From contig JBMFLB010000003.1 in assembly GCA_049971465.1 (NCBI GenBank), positions 1 to 36,371 on the forward strand: a stretch of DNA of 36,371 bases, in the 5' to 3' direction. The DNA is from Minisyncoccia bacterium (lineage in GTDB: Bacteria > Patescibacteriota > Minisyncoccia > UBA6257 > GWB1-50-10). A program made the position numbers and the translations under genes. Within the stretch, counting starts at the first letter, position 1, and each line of letters opens with the position of its first letter. The notes beneath the pieces are model-generated. The model made no database searches. It was given only the letters and a program-made list of their open reading frames with translations, and had not been told where the DNA came from. Positions 8,255 to 18,592 of this stretch are shown here, in pieces.

Positions 8255-9886
8255 TTAGTATTCTTCTGGCATTGGCGGATTAGGCGATTTTTTTTCAGGA
8301 ATAATGCTCATTGCTGCGCCAATTGTTAAATAGGTTGCCGCAACAGAAACAGCATTAACAAATGCGATTTTGGTAACCTTTAATGGATCAATTATACCGG
8401 CCTCTTTTAAATCGCCAATTTCATTGGTTAAAGCATTAAATCCTACCCATAATTCATTTTTCTTACGATCTTGAAGTTTTTGAATTATTTTCTCTGATGA
8501 TTCACCACTATTAGAAATTATTGATGCTAATGGTGCTTGACATGCATGATCTAAAATTGTTTTTACTGCTTTTTTAATTTCATCTTTTATATTTTCATCT
8601 TTTTCCGAATACAAACTATACACATTAAACAACGCAATTCCTCCTCCTGGCACTATTCCTTCTTCCATTGCCGCTCGCGTTGCCGCAACTGCATCCTCCA
8701 CTCTTTGTTTTAATTCTTTTTGAGCGGATTCAGTTGGAGCACCAACTTTTATAACTGCAACACCGCCAATTAATTTACCCAGTCTTTCTTGTAATTTTTC
8801 TTTATCAAATTCTGAATCGGTCTTTTTTAATTGATTTTTTATTTGCGCAATACGATTTTCAATTTCTGTTTTTTCTCCTTTACCACCAACAATTGTTGTA
8901 TTATCTTTTGTTGCAATAACTCGATGGGCATGGCCCAAATCTTCAATATCAACATTATCAAGTTTTTTCCCTAAATCTTCAGAAATAAATTCTGCTCCAG
9001 TTACAATTGCTATATCCTGCAACATTTCCTTTTTTCTATCACCAAATCCTGGTGCTTTTACTGCAATCACATTAAAAATACCACGAAGTTTATTTAATAC
9101 TAAAGTTGCCAATGCTTCTCCTTCAATATCATCAGCAATTATTACCAATTCCTTTTTACCATTTTGAATAATTTTTTCTAACAATGGTAAAATATCGTTT
9201 ATTGATGAAATTTTTCTATCTGTTACCAAAATATAAGGATCTTCCAATTCTGCTTCCATTTTTTCTTGATTAGTAACCATATAAGGTGAAACATAACCGC
9301 GGTCAAACTGCAAACCTTCAACCATTTCATAAGAATTACCAATAGTATTAGAATCTTCAACTGTTACCACTCCATCTTTGCCAAGTTTCATCATAACTTC
9401 AGCAATTAATTTACCAATTTCATTATTTTTTGCTGATAAACTTGCAACTTCTTCAATTTTTTTATTGTCGTTTATCACTTCTTTTTGCGCTTCTAATTTT
9501 TTAATAATTTTTTCACTTTCCAGTTTTAATTCTTCTGCTAATCTAATAACATTAAATCCCCTTTCTTTAATAATTCTTTCTCCTTCATTAATCATTTCAT
9601 AAGCAAGAACAACTGCTGTTGTTGTCCCATCACCAACACTATCATTTGTTTTATCAGCAGCTTGTTTGATAAAATCAGCGCCCAAATTTTCATATTTATC
9701 TTCTAATTCAACTTCTTTAGCAACACTTACACCATCAAATGTAACTTGAGGTGCACCATAACCTTTTTCAATTAATACTGCCCTACCTCTTGGACCTAAA
9801 GTCATTTTTACTGCTTCTGCTAATTTATCAATACCTTTTTTTATTGCTTCTCGAGCGTTTTCATTAAATAAAATTTGTTTAGCCAT
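8255..9886 (-). CDS. groL: Chaperonin GroEL
   Basis: [36 protein letters not shown] and EEGIVPGGG motifs. Confidence 0.98.
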   Translation of the reverse strand: MAKQILFNENAREAIKKGIDKLAEAVKMTLGPRGRAVLIEKGYGAPQVTFDGVSVAKEVELEDKYENLGADFIKQAADKTNDSVGDGTTTAVVLAYEMINEGERIIKERGFNVIRLAEELKLESEKIIKKLEAQKEVINDNKKIEEVASLSAKNNEIGKLIAEVMMKLGKDGVVTVEDSNTIGNSYEMVEGLQFDRGYVSPYMVTNQEKMEAELEDPYILVTDRKISSINDILPLLEKIIQNGKKELVIIADDIEGEALATLVLNKLRGIFNVIAVKAPGFGDRKKEMLQDIAIVTGAEFISEDLGKKLDNVDIEDLGHAHRVIATKDNTTIVGGKGEKTEIENRIAQIKNQLKKTDSEFDKEKLQERLGKLIGGVAVIKVGAPTESAQKELKQRVEDAVAATRAAMEEGIVPGGGIALFNVYSLYSEKDENIKDEIKKAVKTILDHACQAPLASIISNSGESSEKIIQKLQDRKKNELWVGFNALTNEIGDLKEAGIIDPLKVTKIAFVNAVSVAATYLTIGAAMSIIPEKKSPNPPMPEEY

Positions 9887-9892
9887 ATTTTT

Positions 9893-10180
9893 TTATTCAA
9901 TAATAGCCAAAATATCGTCCTCATCACCAATCAGATACTTTTTATTATCAATTTCAAATTCATCCGGACCATATTTTTTAAATAGGACGATATCGCCGAC
10001 CTTTACTGACATTGGAATAATTTGACCATTATTATCTCTTTTACCTGGACCAGTAGCAATTATTTTGCCCTTTATTGGCTTTTCTTTTTCTACTGTATCC
10101 GGAAGAACAATGCCACCTTTAGTTTTTTGCTCTTCTTCTATTGGCTCAATAATAACTTTATCGTGTATTGGTTTAAACAT
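9893..10180 (-). CDS. groS: Co-chaperonin GroES
   Basis: KPIHDKV, TKGGIVLPD and VKVGDIVLF motifs; directly upstream of groEL. Confidence 0.98.
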   Translation of the reverse strand: MFKPIHDKVIIEPIEEEQKTKGGIVLPDTVEKEKPIKGKIIATGPGKRDNNGQIIPMSVKVGDIVLFKKYGPDEFEIDNKKYLIGDEDDILAIIE

Positions 10181-10190
10181 AATTTAATTA

Positions 10191-10217
10191 GTAGCAATTA
10201 CGACCTTTGATTGCTAA
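10191..10217 (-). promoter_or_regulatory. CIRCE-like operator (HrcA site)
   Basis: Minus strand TTAGCAATC-N9-AATTGCTAC versus consensus TTAGCACTC-N9-GAGTGCTAA, 10 nt upstream of groES. Confidence 0.8.
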
Positions 10218-10226
10218 TCTAAATAT

Positions 10227-10255
10227 AATTTAATATTGTCTTATTGATTTGTCAA
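10227..10255 (-). promoter_or_regulatory. Sigma70 promoter of groESL
   Basis: Minus strand TTGACA (10255-10250), 17-nt spacer, TAAATT (10232-10227), just upstream of the CIRCE-like box. Confidence 0.65.
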
Positions 10256-10280
10256 GATAAATTTGTTATTTTTAAAAAAA

Positions 10281-11954
10281 ATGATTCCTAGCTGGATAAA
10301 AAAATTAAATTCCCCTTTGATAGAAAAAGCTTATGTTTTTGCTAAAAATGCCCATTATAATCAAAAAAGAAAAAATGGAGAAGATTTTATAAATCATCCA
10401 CTACGGGTTGCTTATAATGTATATAAATGGGGATTAGATGAGCAAACAATTGCTGCTGCTTTACTTCATGATGTTGTTGAAGATACTTCTTATTCAATGA
10501 AAGATATTGAAAAAGCATTTGATCCAGAAATTTCATTTTTAGTTGATGGCGTTACAAAAATTGATAATATTAAATATACTAAAAATGCAGAAAATTTAAG
10601 GAAATTTATTGTTTATTTTAGTAAAGATTTGCGCGTTCTTATTATTAAAATTGCTGACCGTTTACATAATATTCAAACGCTAAATGCATTACCACCTGAC
10701 AAACAATATAAAATTGCAAAAGAAACAATTGAAATTTATGCCCCATTAGCTTATCGCTTAGGAATGCAACAATTAGCCGGTGAATTAGAAGATTTATCTT
10801 TCCCTTATGTTGAACCAAAAATTTATCAGTGGCTTATAACAAATGTTAAAGAAACTTACAAAGAAAGAGAAAAATATGCAAAAAAACTTATACCATTAGT
10901 ACAACATTTATTAATTCAAAATAATATTCATCCTATAGTTGTTGAAGCGCGAGCAAAACATTATTATAGCTTATATAAAAAGTTACAAAGATACGATATG
11001 AATATAGATAATATTTATGATTTAGTTGCATTAAGAATTATTGTAAATACAGTTGAAGAATGTTATGCGGCTTTAGGAGTTATTCATCAAAAATGGAATC
11101 CTTTACCTGGCCGCTTTAAAGATTATATTGCCCGTCCTAAATTAAATGGCTATCAAAGTTTACATACCACTGTATTTTGCGAAGATAACAAAATAACAGA
11201 AATACAAATTAAAACCGAACAAATGCATAAAAATAATGAATTGGGTATTGCCGCTCATTGGGCCTATGAACAAATAAAAGATAATAAAACAAAACAAAAA
11301 ATTTGGAAAGCAAATAATCAAGATTTAACTTGGGTTCAACAACTTAGATTATGGTATCAAAAATTTAATAATAATGATTTTTTAAAATTTATTACTACTG
11401 ATTTATTTAAAGATAGAATTTTTGTTATTACACCAAATAATGATGTTATTGATTTGCCCAGTGGTTCAACACCAATTGATTTTGCTTATAAAATCCATAG
11501 TGAAATTGGTAATCAGTGTGTTGGTGCTAAAGTAAATGGTAAAATTGTTCCTTTAAATTATGAATTACAAACTGGCGATATAGTAGAAATATTAACACAA
11601 AAAGGTAAAAAACCATCTGCGGCTTGGCTGCAAATTGCTAAAACAATAAATGCCAAACATCATATTAAAAAAATATTAAATATCAATAATATAAATCTAA
11701 AATCTAAAGGGCAAGAAATAGAATTTCATATTATTAATATCAATAAACCAGGCTATCTACAAAAAATAACCACTTATTTTAGCAAACAAAAAATAAATAT
11801 TACTTACTTAAATAGTAAGACTGATAACAGGAAAAAATTTTCTCATGTTGTTATTCGTTGTTCTAAATTAGAAAAACCAGTTATTGAAAATATTTTATTT
11901 AATATTAAAAAAATTCCTGAAACTAAAGAAATATCATATAAAATTATTCGTTAA
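10281..11954 (+). CDS. rel: RelA/SpoT family bifunctional (p)ppGpp synthetase/hydrolase
   Basis: HD domain (LHDVVEDT, DRLHN), synthetase domain (GRFKDYIARPK, YQSLHT, EIQIKT), TGS domain (TPIDFAY.IHSEIG) and an ACT-like tail. ATG 10281 is preferred over TTG 10263. Confidence 0.95.
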   Translation: MIPSWIKKLNSPLIEKAYVFAKNAHYNQKRKNGEDFINHPLRVAYNVYKWGLDEQTIAAALLHDVVEDTSYSMKDIEKAFDPEISFLVDGVTKIDNIKYTKNAENLRKFIVYFSKDLRVLIIKIADRLHNIQTLNALPPDKQYKIAKETIEIYAPLAYRLGMQQLAGELEDLSFPYVEPKIYQWLITNVKETYKEREKYAKKLIPLVQHLLIQNNIHPIVVEARAKHYYSLYKKLQRYDMNIDNIYDLVALRIIVNTVEECYAALGVIHQKWNPLPGRFKDYIARPKLNGYQSLHTTVFCEDNKITEIQIKTEQMHKNNELGIAAHWAYEQIKDNKTKQKIWKANNQDLTWVQQLRLWYQKFNNNDFLKFITTDLFKDRIFVITPNNDVIDLPSGSTPIDFAYKIHSEIGNQCVGAKVNGKIVPLNYELQTGDIVEILTQKGKKPSAAWLQIAKTINAKHHIKKILNINNINLKSKGQEIEFHIININKPGYLQKITTYFSKQKINITYLNSKTDNRKKFSHVVIRCSKLEKPVIENILFNIKKIPETKEISYKIIR

Positions 11955-12919
11955 TCATTATTAAATGAATTTAAAAAATTTTCTAATTCTTCTTGCGAAT
12001 AAAAATTTAAAATAATTTTACCACCATTATTAGTGCGGATTACTTTTGATGGCAGACCAAATTTTTCTTCTATTTTTTTGCTCCAATATTTATCTTCATT
12101 TATTTTATGTGATTTTTGTTTATTATTTATTTTTTGCTTTTGATTAATAATTGATTGAAAAACAATTAATTGTTTTTGATAATCATTCAAGCTTAAAATT
12201 TGCCGTGCCTGAAATTCACTGATCGATCCATTATTTAAAGCTAATTGTATTTCCGGCGGCAAACTTAACAATCGTAAGGTATTAGCAACCGCTTCCCTAC
12301 TTCTACCAACTCTTAATGCTATTTCTCTTTGTGTTAAACCAAATTGTTCTTGTAATTGTGCATAAGCTTTTGCTAATTCAATTGGACTTAAATTATGTCT
12401 TTGGATATTTTCTATCAATGCTAATTCTAATTTTGTTTTTGGTTCATTTATTTTTTTAATAATTACTGGCACGGTTTTCAATCCAATCATTTTTGCTGCC
12501 ATCAATCTTCTTTCGCCAACAATTAACTGATATTCAACGCTGGTACCTTTTTCAGTATCAGTTTCTATTTTAGTAACAAGCAATGGCTGTAAAATTCCAT
12601 GTTCTCTTATTGATTGAGCTAATTCTTCCAATTCTTTAGAATCAAAATTTTTTCTTGGCTGAAAGGGATTAGATTTTATTTTTGTAACTTCTATTTGAAA
12701 AACCGCTTCATTATCTTTTTTAAATGATTTATGTTGATAAGTAATCTCATTGATAAAAACATCTTCATCATTAGTTTTAATATTTTGCTGATTATCATTT
12801 GCTGATTGTCCTAATGATAAATTATTTTGAATATTGTGCTTTTCTTCCGCAGTATTTAAATTTTGATTAGCAACATTTTTATCTGGTATTAAAGAAGATA
12901 AACCTTTTCCTAATGGCAT
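11951..12919 (-). CDS. parB: ParB/Spo0J chromosome partition protein
   Basis: LGKGLSSLI, NPFQPRKNF, GERRLMA and LIENIQR motifs, HTH region. Confidence 0.97.
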   Translation of the reverse strand: MPLGKGLSSLIPDKNVANQNLNTAEEKHNIQNNLSLGQSANDNQQNIKTNDEDVFINEITYQHKSFKKDNEAVFQIEVTKIKSNPFQPRKNFDSKELEELAQSIREHGILQPLLVTKIETDTEKGTSVEYQLIVGERRLMAAKMIGLKTVPVIIKKINEPKTKLELALIENIQRHNLSPIELAKAYAQLQEQFGLTQREIALRVGRSREAVANTLRLLSLPPEIQLALNNGSISEFQARQILSLNDYQKQLIVFQSIINQKQKINNKQKSHKINEDKYWSKKIEEKFGLPSKVIRTNNGGKIILNFYSQEELENFLNSFNND

Positions 12920-12924
12920 TTAAT

Positions 12925-13797
12925 TTAATTGTTCAAATATTGACCCTGATTATTCCAATCATCATTAATATTATCATTTATTGTATCATTTATTATATTA
13001 CTTTGGCTACTATCAATGTGGTTAGATTCAATTAATATTTCATTTTGATTTATAATTTCTTGAGCTAATTTTTCATAAGCCAAAGCACCAATGCTTTGAG
13101 GAGCATATAAAACAACTGGTTTTTGAAAACTAGGAGCCTCAGCTAATGCAATTGATTTAGGAATTTCAATATCAAAAACATTATAAGGAAATCTTCTTCT
13201 TACTTCTTTAGCAACTTCTCGAGATAATCTTTCCCTTTTATCATACATTGTTAAAAGCGCACCACTTACTTTTAAATTATGTCCTAAATTATTTCTAATC
13301 AAATCAATAATTTCCAATAGCTGGCTTAATCCTTCTAAAGAATAATATTCACATTGCACTGGTATTAATACTTCATCCGAAGCAATTAAACCATTTATTG
13401 TTAACAAATTTAAACTTGGGCCTAAATCAATTAAAATAAAATCATAATTATTTTTTATTTCATCAATAAATTTTTTTAAAAAATATTCCCGTTGAGGGAC
13501 ATTTACTAATTCTACTAAAGCCCCAGCTAAATCAGCTGACGCTGGTATACATTCAAAATTAGTTAAAGCTGTTTTTTTAATAACCTGTTCTGGTTGTTTA
13601 TTGGCAAATAAAATATGATAAATTGTTTCATCAATATTATGCTTAATACCTAAACCAACAGTCGCATTAAATTGAGAATCAAAATCAATCAATAATGTTT
13701 TTTTACCAAATATTGCAAGATAAGCGCCAAGATTCATTGCGGTTGTTGTTTTTCCAGTTCCACCTTTAGCATTCATTATACTTATAACTCTTGCCAT
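12925..13797 (-). CDS. parA: ParA/Soj ATPase
   Basis: Deviant Walker A KGGTGKTT, IPVQCEYYSLEGL and LAEAPS motifs. Confidence 0.97.
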   Translation of the reverse strand: MARVISIMNAKGGTGKTTTAMNLGAYLAIFGKKTLLIDFDSQFNATVGLGIKHNIDETIYHILFANKQPEQVIKKTALTNFECIPASADLAGALVELVNVPQREYFLKKFIDEIKNNYDFILIDLGPSLNLLTINGLIASDEVLIPVQCEYYSLEGLSQLLEIIDLIRNNLGHNLKVSGALLTMYDKRERLSREVAKEVRRRFPYNVFDIEIPKSIALAEAPSFQKPVVLYAPQSIGALAYEKLAQEIINQNEILIESNHIDSSQSNIINDTINDNINDDWNNQGQYLNN

Positions 13798-13802
13798 TGT
13801 TA

Positions 13803-14561
13803 TTAAGGACAGCTCACTGCAGTACTTACTAAAGTACCAGATGCATTGACCGTAAATTTAAAACATCCTGAACCACTATTTAAAATAAAACCACTACCAC
13901 TATCAGTAACATATACATTGCCGCCAGTTACAACTAACTTATCATTCAAAGTTGTGTTACCTATACCAACTTTTCCAGCAAAATAAGCATTATTCCAAGG
14001 AGCTGATGGTGTACCAATATCATAAGCTGAATTAGGCACTAAACTATAATCAAAATTTGCTGCGCTCACCCTGGTGATAGAAATTTGAACATCCTTAGCA
14101 TATTGCATTTGAGGATTATTGGTATTAGAAGCTAAAGAAATATCAGCATTTACTATTGCCCGCCCACCTAAATTTTCTAATTTTTTAACAGAAAAATTTA
14201 ATACTTTTACTGAATTAGTAGTTAATGCTATTGCTGGTTGATTGCCTTGCTGTAAATAAATAGCTGTATTGCTAGCATCAGTAAAAATTTTAGTTGGATC
14301 TAAAGTTGATGAAGCCATACGCAAAACTAAAGTTGAACTACTAACACCGGCTGAATTTTCAATTAAACTTGATTGTCTTACTAAACGATCAATGGTTGAA
14401 GCAACAAAATTTATTTGTTGAACAACATCACTAGAATAATTTTGACGGCTTTGAATATTGGTAGTGGTAGTTAAAATATTTGTTAACAATAAAGCACTTA
14501 CTGCAAAAATTGCAATATAAATTAAAACTTCAATTAAGGTAAAACCGCTTACTTTTTTCAT
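13803..14561 (-). CDS. Prepilin-type (minor pilin/pseudopilin) protein with a C-terminal beta-rich extension
   Basis: Class III signal KKVSG|FTLIEVLIYIAIF. Confidence 0.85.
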   Translation of the reverse strand: MKKVSGFTLIEVLIYIAIFAVSALLLTNILTTTTNIQSRQNYSSDVVQQINFVASTIDRLVRQSSLIENSAGVSSSTLVLRMASSTLDPTKIFTDASNTAIYLQQGNQPAIALTTNSVKVLNFSVKKLENLGGRAIVNADISLASNTNNPQMQYAKDVQISITRVSAANFDYSLVPNSAYDIGTPSAPWNNAYFAGKVGIGNTTLNDKLVVTGGNVYVTDSGSGFILNSGSGCFKFTVNASGTLVSTAVSCP

Positions 14562-14586
14562 TAAATTTATTATATAATAATTATGT

Positions 14587-16464
14587 ATGTTTTACCATCT
14601 AACCAAAAAAATAGCTTATACATTTTTAATTTTAATACTATTAAGCTCATTTTTATTAATGTTCAATGCGGCCCAACAAGATTCCTTAACTTTTGATGAA
14701 GCAAATAATATTGCTTCTGGTTATAGTTATTTAACTCAATTTGATTATCGTTTAAATCCTGCACATCCACCATTAATTAAAATATTATCAGCATTACCAC
14801 TTTTATTTTTACATTTAAATTTCCCAAATAATAATTCTGCATGGCAAAATGGAAATTTAATCAATAGCGAATGGAATATAGGAAAAACATTTATTTATCA
14901 AAACAATAATTCTGATGCAATAATTTTAATAGCAAGAATTATTCCAATCATTTTAACTTTAATAACAATATTTTTTGTTTTTATTATTAGCAAAGAACTG
15001 ATTGGAAATTTATGGGCATTATTACCAACATTTTTATTTGCATTTTCTCCTTTAGTTTTAGGACAAGGACATTTAGCAACCAATGATATTGGAGCAACAT
15101 TAGGATTTTTATTAATGTTTTATGTATTTACCAAATTTTTGGAAAAACAAAATACAAAACAAACAATAATCAGCGGAATAATAATTGGATTAAGTTTGCT
15201 AACAAAATTTTCTACGATCATTTTTTTACCATTAGCAATAATTTTATTTGCTATTTTTTATTGGGCAAAAAAACAACGAAATCCAAACATAAGTTATCAA
15301 AAAGAAATATTTCAATCTATTGGAAGATTACTTTTGCTTTTATTTATTGCTTTAATTGAAATATATATTATTTACTTTATTTTTACTTTTCACTCATCAA
15401 CCACATTAACCATTCAACAAATTAAAAATTTTAATAATCAAAATAATATTTTCTTAAATTTTATTGCTAATTTAGCTGCTAATAAGATAACATTGCCATT
15501 AAGCCAATATCTGTTTGGTGTTTTTATTAATTTTCATTCTTTAACCAATGGTGGTCAAACATCTTATTTTATTGGACAAGTTTCTAATCAAGGATGGTTG
15601 TTATACTTTCCATTAATTTTTATATTAAAAGAACCTCTGCCAAGTTTAATTCTTATTTTAACTGCAATATTTTTACTAATAAAAAATATAATAAAATCAA
15701 TTAAAAACAAAAATATCAATAAAAAATATATTAGTGAATATCTTGGCATTCACTTTTTAGAATTTTCTTTATGTTTATTTATTATTATTTATTGGATTAT
15801 AAGCATACAAAGTAAATTAGATCTTGGTTTAAGATATTTATTACCAACTTTCCCAGCAATGTATATTTTAACTGCTTATGAATTAAAAAACTGGGTTGCT
15901 AAAAGTTTTAATTTAAGTACTTTATTACTTCTTAGTTTTATTAATAAAGGATTTAATTTATTAAAAAGATTTATAAAAATAATATTTATATTATTTATAC
16001 TTTTATGGCTTTTTATTGAAACATTAGTTGTAGCGCCTTATTTTATTTCTTATTTTAATGAACTTGCAGGTGGAACGTCCAATGGCTATAAATATGCAAT
16101 TGATTCTAATTATGATTGGGGTCAAGATTTAAAACGTCTTGCTTATTGGATTAATAAAAATAATATCAATAAAATTGCAGTTGATTATTTTGGTAATGAA
16201 GATATAAATTATTATCTTGGTGATAAAGCAGTGCAATGGAATCCAACAAAAGGAAGTCCATTAATTGACAATATTCATTGGCTTGCAATATCAATTACTA
16301 ATTTAGCAACAAATTTTGCCCAAATGAAAAATATAAATCAATCTGATCTTAACAAAACATACCAGTGGTTAACTATTTTAAAACAAACACCGCCAGGAAT
16401 AAATTTTATACCAACTCCTGATTATCGTATTGGTACATCAATTTTTGTTTATAAACTTGATTAA
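14587..16464 (+). CDS. GT-C fold membrane glycosyltransferase (GT39/ArnT/PMT-like)
   Basis: DSLTFDE after the first TM helix, HPPLIK, many TM helices, RYLLP and DSNYDWGQD motifs. Confidence 0.85.
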   Translation: MFYHLTKKIAYTFLILILLSSFLLMFNAAQQDSLTFDEANNIASGYSYLTQFDYRLNPAHPPLIKILSALPLLFLHLNFPNNNSAWQNGNLINSEWNIGKTFIYQNNNSDAIILIARIIPIILTLITIFFVFIISKELIGNLWALLPTFLFAFSPLVLGQGHLATNDIGATLGFLLMFYVFTKFLEKQNTKQTIISGIIIGLSLLTKFSTIIFLPLAIILFAIFYWAKKQRNPNISYQKEIFQSIGRLLLLLFIALIEIYIIYFIFTFHSSTTLTIQQIKNFNNQNNIFLNFIANLAANKITLPLSQYLFGVFINFHSLTNGGQTSYFIGQVSNQGWLLYFPLIFILKEPLPSLILILTAIFLLIKNIIKSIKNKNINKKYISEYLGIHFLEFSLCLFIIIYWIISIQSKLDLGLRYLLPTFPAMYILTAYELKNWVAKSFNLSTLLLLSFINKGFNLLKRFIKIIFILFILLWLFIETLVVAPYFISYFNELAGGTSNGYKYAIDSNYDWGQDLKRLAYWINKNNINKIAVDYFGNEDINYYLGDKAVQWNPTKGSPLIDNIHWLAISITNLATNFAQMKNINQSDLNKTYQWLTILKQTPPGINFIPTPDYRIGTSIFVYKLD

Positions 16465-18381
16465 TTAAACATCCAAATTTTTTACTTTCTTTGCATAAGC
16501 AAAAATAAAATTTTTTCTTGGGTCTACATTTTCTCCCATTAAAATATCAAATATCTTATCAGCTTCAATTGAATCCATAATAGAAACTTGTTTTAAAATT
16601 CTTTTAGCTGGATTCATTGTTGTTTCCCATAATTGTTCTGGATTCATTTCTCCCAATCCTTTATATCGTTGGACATTTGCATCATCTCCAATTTCTTTTA
16701 AAATTTTATCTCGTTGTTCATCAGAATAAGCATAATAAACCTCTTTACCTTTTTGAATTCCATATAAAGGTGGTTGGGCTATATACAAATGACCATTTTC
16801 AATAATTGGTCTAAAATGGCGAAAAAATAATGTTAATAATAATGTCCTAATATGAGCACCATCAGTATCAGCATCAGTCATAATTATTATTTTATGATAT
16901 CTTAATTTATTAATATCAAATTTTTCCGAAATAGCTGTACCCAAAGCAATAACCAATGATTTTATTTCTTTATTTATTAACATTTTATCCAAACGTGATT
17001 TTTCAACATTTAAAATTTTACCGCGTAAAGGCAAAATTGCTTGGGTTCTTCTATCTCTTCCTGATTTAGCACTGCCACCGGCACTATCACCTTCAACAAT
17101 AAACAATTCTGATTCTTCAGGATTACGACTAGAACAATCCGCTAATTTGCCAGGCAATGTTAATCCTTCTAAAACTCCTTTTCTTAAAACTGTTTCTTTT
17201 GCTGCTTTTGCTGCTTTGCGCGCTTTTACAGCTAATAAATTTTTTTCTATTATTGCTTGAGCATCAGATCTATATTTTTCTAAATATTCCTTAAAATTTT
17301 CTATTACTGCTGTTTCTACTGCGGTGCGTACTTCCGGATTCCCTAATCTTGTTTTTGTTTGCCCTTCAAATTGCGGATCATGCAATTTTACAGAAACAAT
17401 AGCTATTAATCCTTCTCTAACATCATCCCCAGTTAAATTATCATCATTATCCTTTATAAAACCTTCTTTACGCGCATAATCATTTAACACTCTGGTAAGA
17501 GCAAAACGAAACCCAGTTAAATGCGATCCGCCATCAATTGTATCTATGCTATTAGCAAAACTTTTTTCCCGAGTATCAATATCTTTGGAATAAGTAAATG
17601 CAACTTCAACATCAATATTATCAACAACTTTATGAATATAAACATTATGTTCTAAAATAATTTCATCTTCATCAATGATATCATCTAAAAATGATTTAAT
17701 ACCACCTTCAAAATAAAAAGCATAATAAAATGGATTTTGTTTACTAGTATCAATTAATTGAATAAAAACACCAGGGGATAAATAAGCTTTTTGTTTTAAA
17801 TAATGCAAAATTTTGTTGGTGTCAAACTCTATTTTAGGAAATATTTCGGTATCAGGTTGAAAAATAATTTTAGTGCCAGTAACATTGCTCTTGCCAATAA
17901 CTTTTACATCAAATTTTGGCTTGCCTTTTGAATATTCTTGCATATAAATCTTACCATCGCGATATACTTCTGCTCGCATATAAACAGACAAAGCATTAAC
18001 AACTGATACGCCAACGCCATGCAAACCGCCTGAAATTTTATAGGTTGTGCTTTTAAATTTACCACCAGCATGCAAAGTACATAAAGCGGTTTCCAAAGCT
18101 GATTTTTTGGTTTGTGGATGAATATCTACTGGAATTCCTCTTCCATCATCAATGATGCTTATTTTATTATCTGGCAAAATCTCAACTTTTATATTTTTTG
18201 CAAATCCTGCCATTGCTTCATCCAAGCTATTATCAACAACTTCCCATACTAAATGATGTAAACCATCTAATCCAGTCCCACCAATATACATTCCTGGTCT
18301 TTTTCTAACTGGTTCTAACCCCTCCAAAACATAAATATCTTTTGCTGTATATGAATTTTGTATATTTTTATTTTCTTCCAT
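16465..18381 (-). CDS. gyrB: DNA gyrase subunit B
   Basis: LEGLEPVRKRPGMYIG, GGLHGVGVSVVNALS, VEGDSAGG, PLRGKILN and YKGLGEMN motifs. The start may be 18381, 18408 or 18411. Confidence 0.96.
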   Translation of the reverse strand: MEENKNIQNSYTAKDIYVLEGLEPVRKRPGMYIGGTGLDGLHHLVWEVVDNSLDEAMAGFAKNIKVEILPDNKISIIDDGRGIPVDIHPQTKKSALETALCTLHAGGKFKSTTYKISGGLHGVGVSVVNALSVYMRAEVYRDGKIYMQEYSKGKPKFDVKVIGKSNVTGTKIIFQPDTEIFPKIEFDTNKILHYLKQKAYLSPGVFIQLIDTSKQNPFYYAFYFEGGIKSFLDDIIDEDEIILEHNVYIHKVVDNIDVEVAFTYSKDIDTREKSFANSIDTIDGGSHLTGFRFALTRVLNDYARKEGFIKDNDDNLTGDDVREGLIAIVSVKLHDPQFEGQTKTRLGNPEVRTAVETAVIENFKEYLEKYRSDAQAIIEKNLLAVKARKAAKAAKETVLRKGVLEGLTLPGKLADCSSRNPEESELFIVEGDSAGGSAKSGRDRRTQAILPLRGKILNVEKSRLDKMLINKEIKSLVIALGTAISEKFDINKLRYHKIIIMTDADTDGAHIRTLLLTLFFRHFRPIIENGHLYIAQPPLYGIQKGKEVYYAYSDEQRDKILKEIGDDANVQRYKGLGEMNPEQLWETTMNPAKRILKQVSIMDSIEADKIFDILMGENVDPRKNFIFAYAKKVKNLDV

Positions 18382-18515
18382 ATCACAAATAATAATGCCA
18401 TTTGGCATCATTTAAATTATAGCTAAAAAACATCAAAAACACAAATTAAACAATAACAAAAAATTTATTATAAAATTCTGGACTTTAAAAATAATGTTTA
18501 TTAAAATAAAAATAT

Positions 18516-18586
18516 GGGGTCATAGTTCAATGGCAGAATGTCGGTCTCCAAAACCGATGATTCCCGTTCAAGTCGGGATGACCCCG
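18516..18586 (+). tRNA. tRNA-Trp(CCA), 3' CCA not encoded
   Basis: GGGGTCA/TGACCCC acceptor stem, anticodon arm TCGGT-CTCCAAA-ACCGA, GTTCAAGTC T loop; followed by CAA rather than CCA. Confidence 0.96.
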
Positions 18587-18592
18587 CAACAT

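Noticed and set aside
11951-18411. Replication origin or parS site near parAB/gyrB
   Set aside because: There is no dnaA/dnaN and no intergenic space with DnaA-box clusters, and I saw no parS palindrome by eye.
18516-18586. Alternative genetic code (UGA recoding, as in Gracilibacteria/Absconditabacteria)
   Set aside because: Conserved genes are uninterrupted under code 11, and serS and pilT end at TGA at their expected lengths. tRNA-Trp has the normal CCA anticodon.
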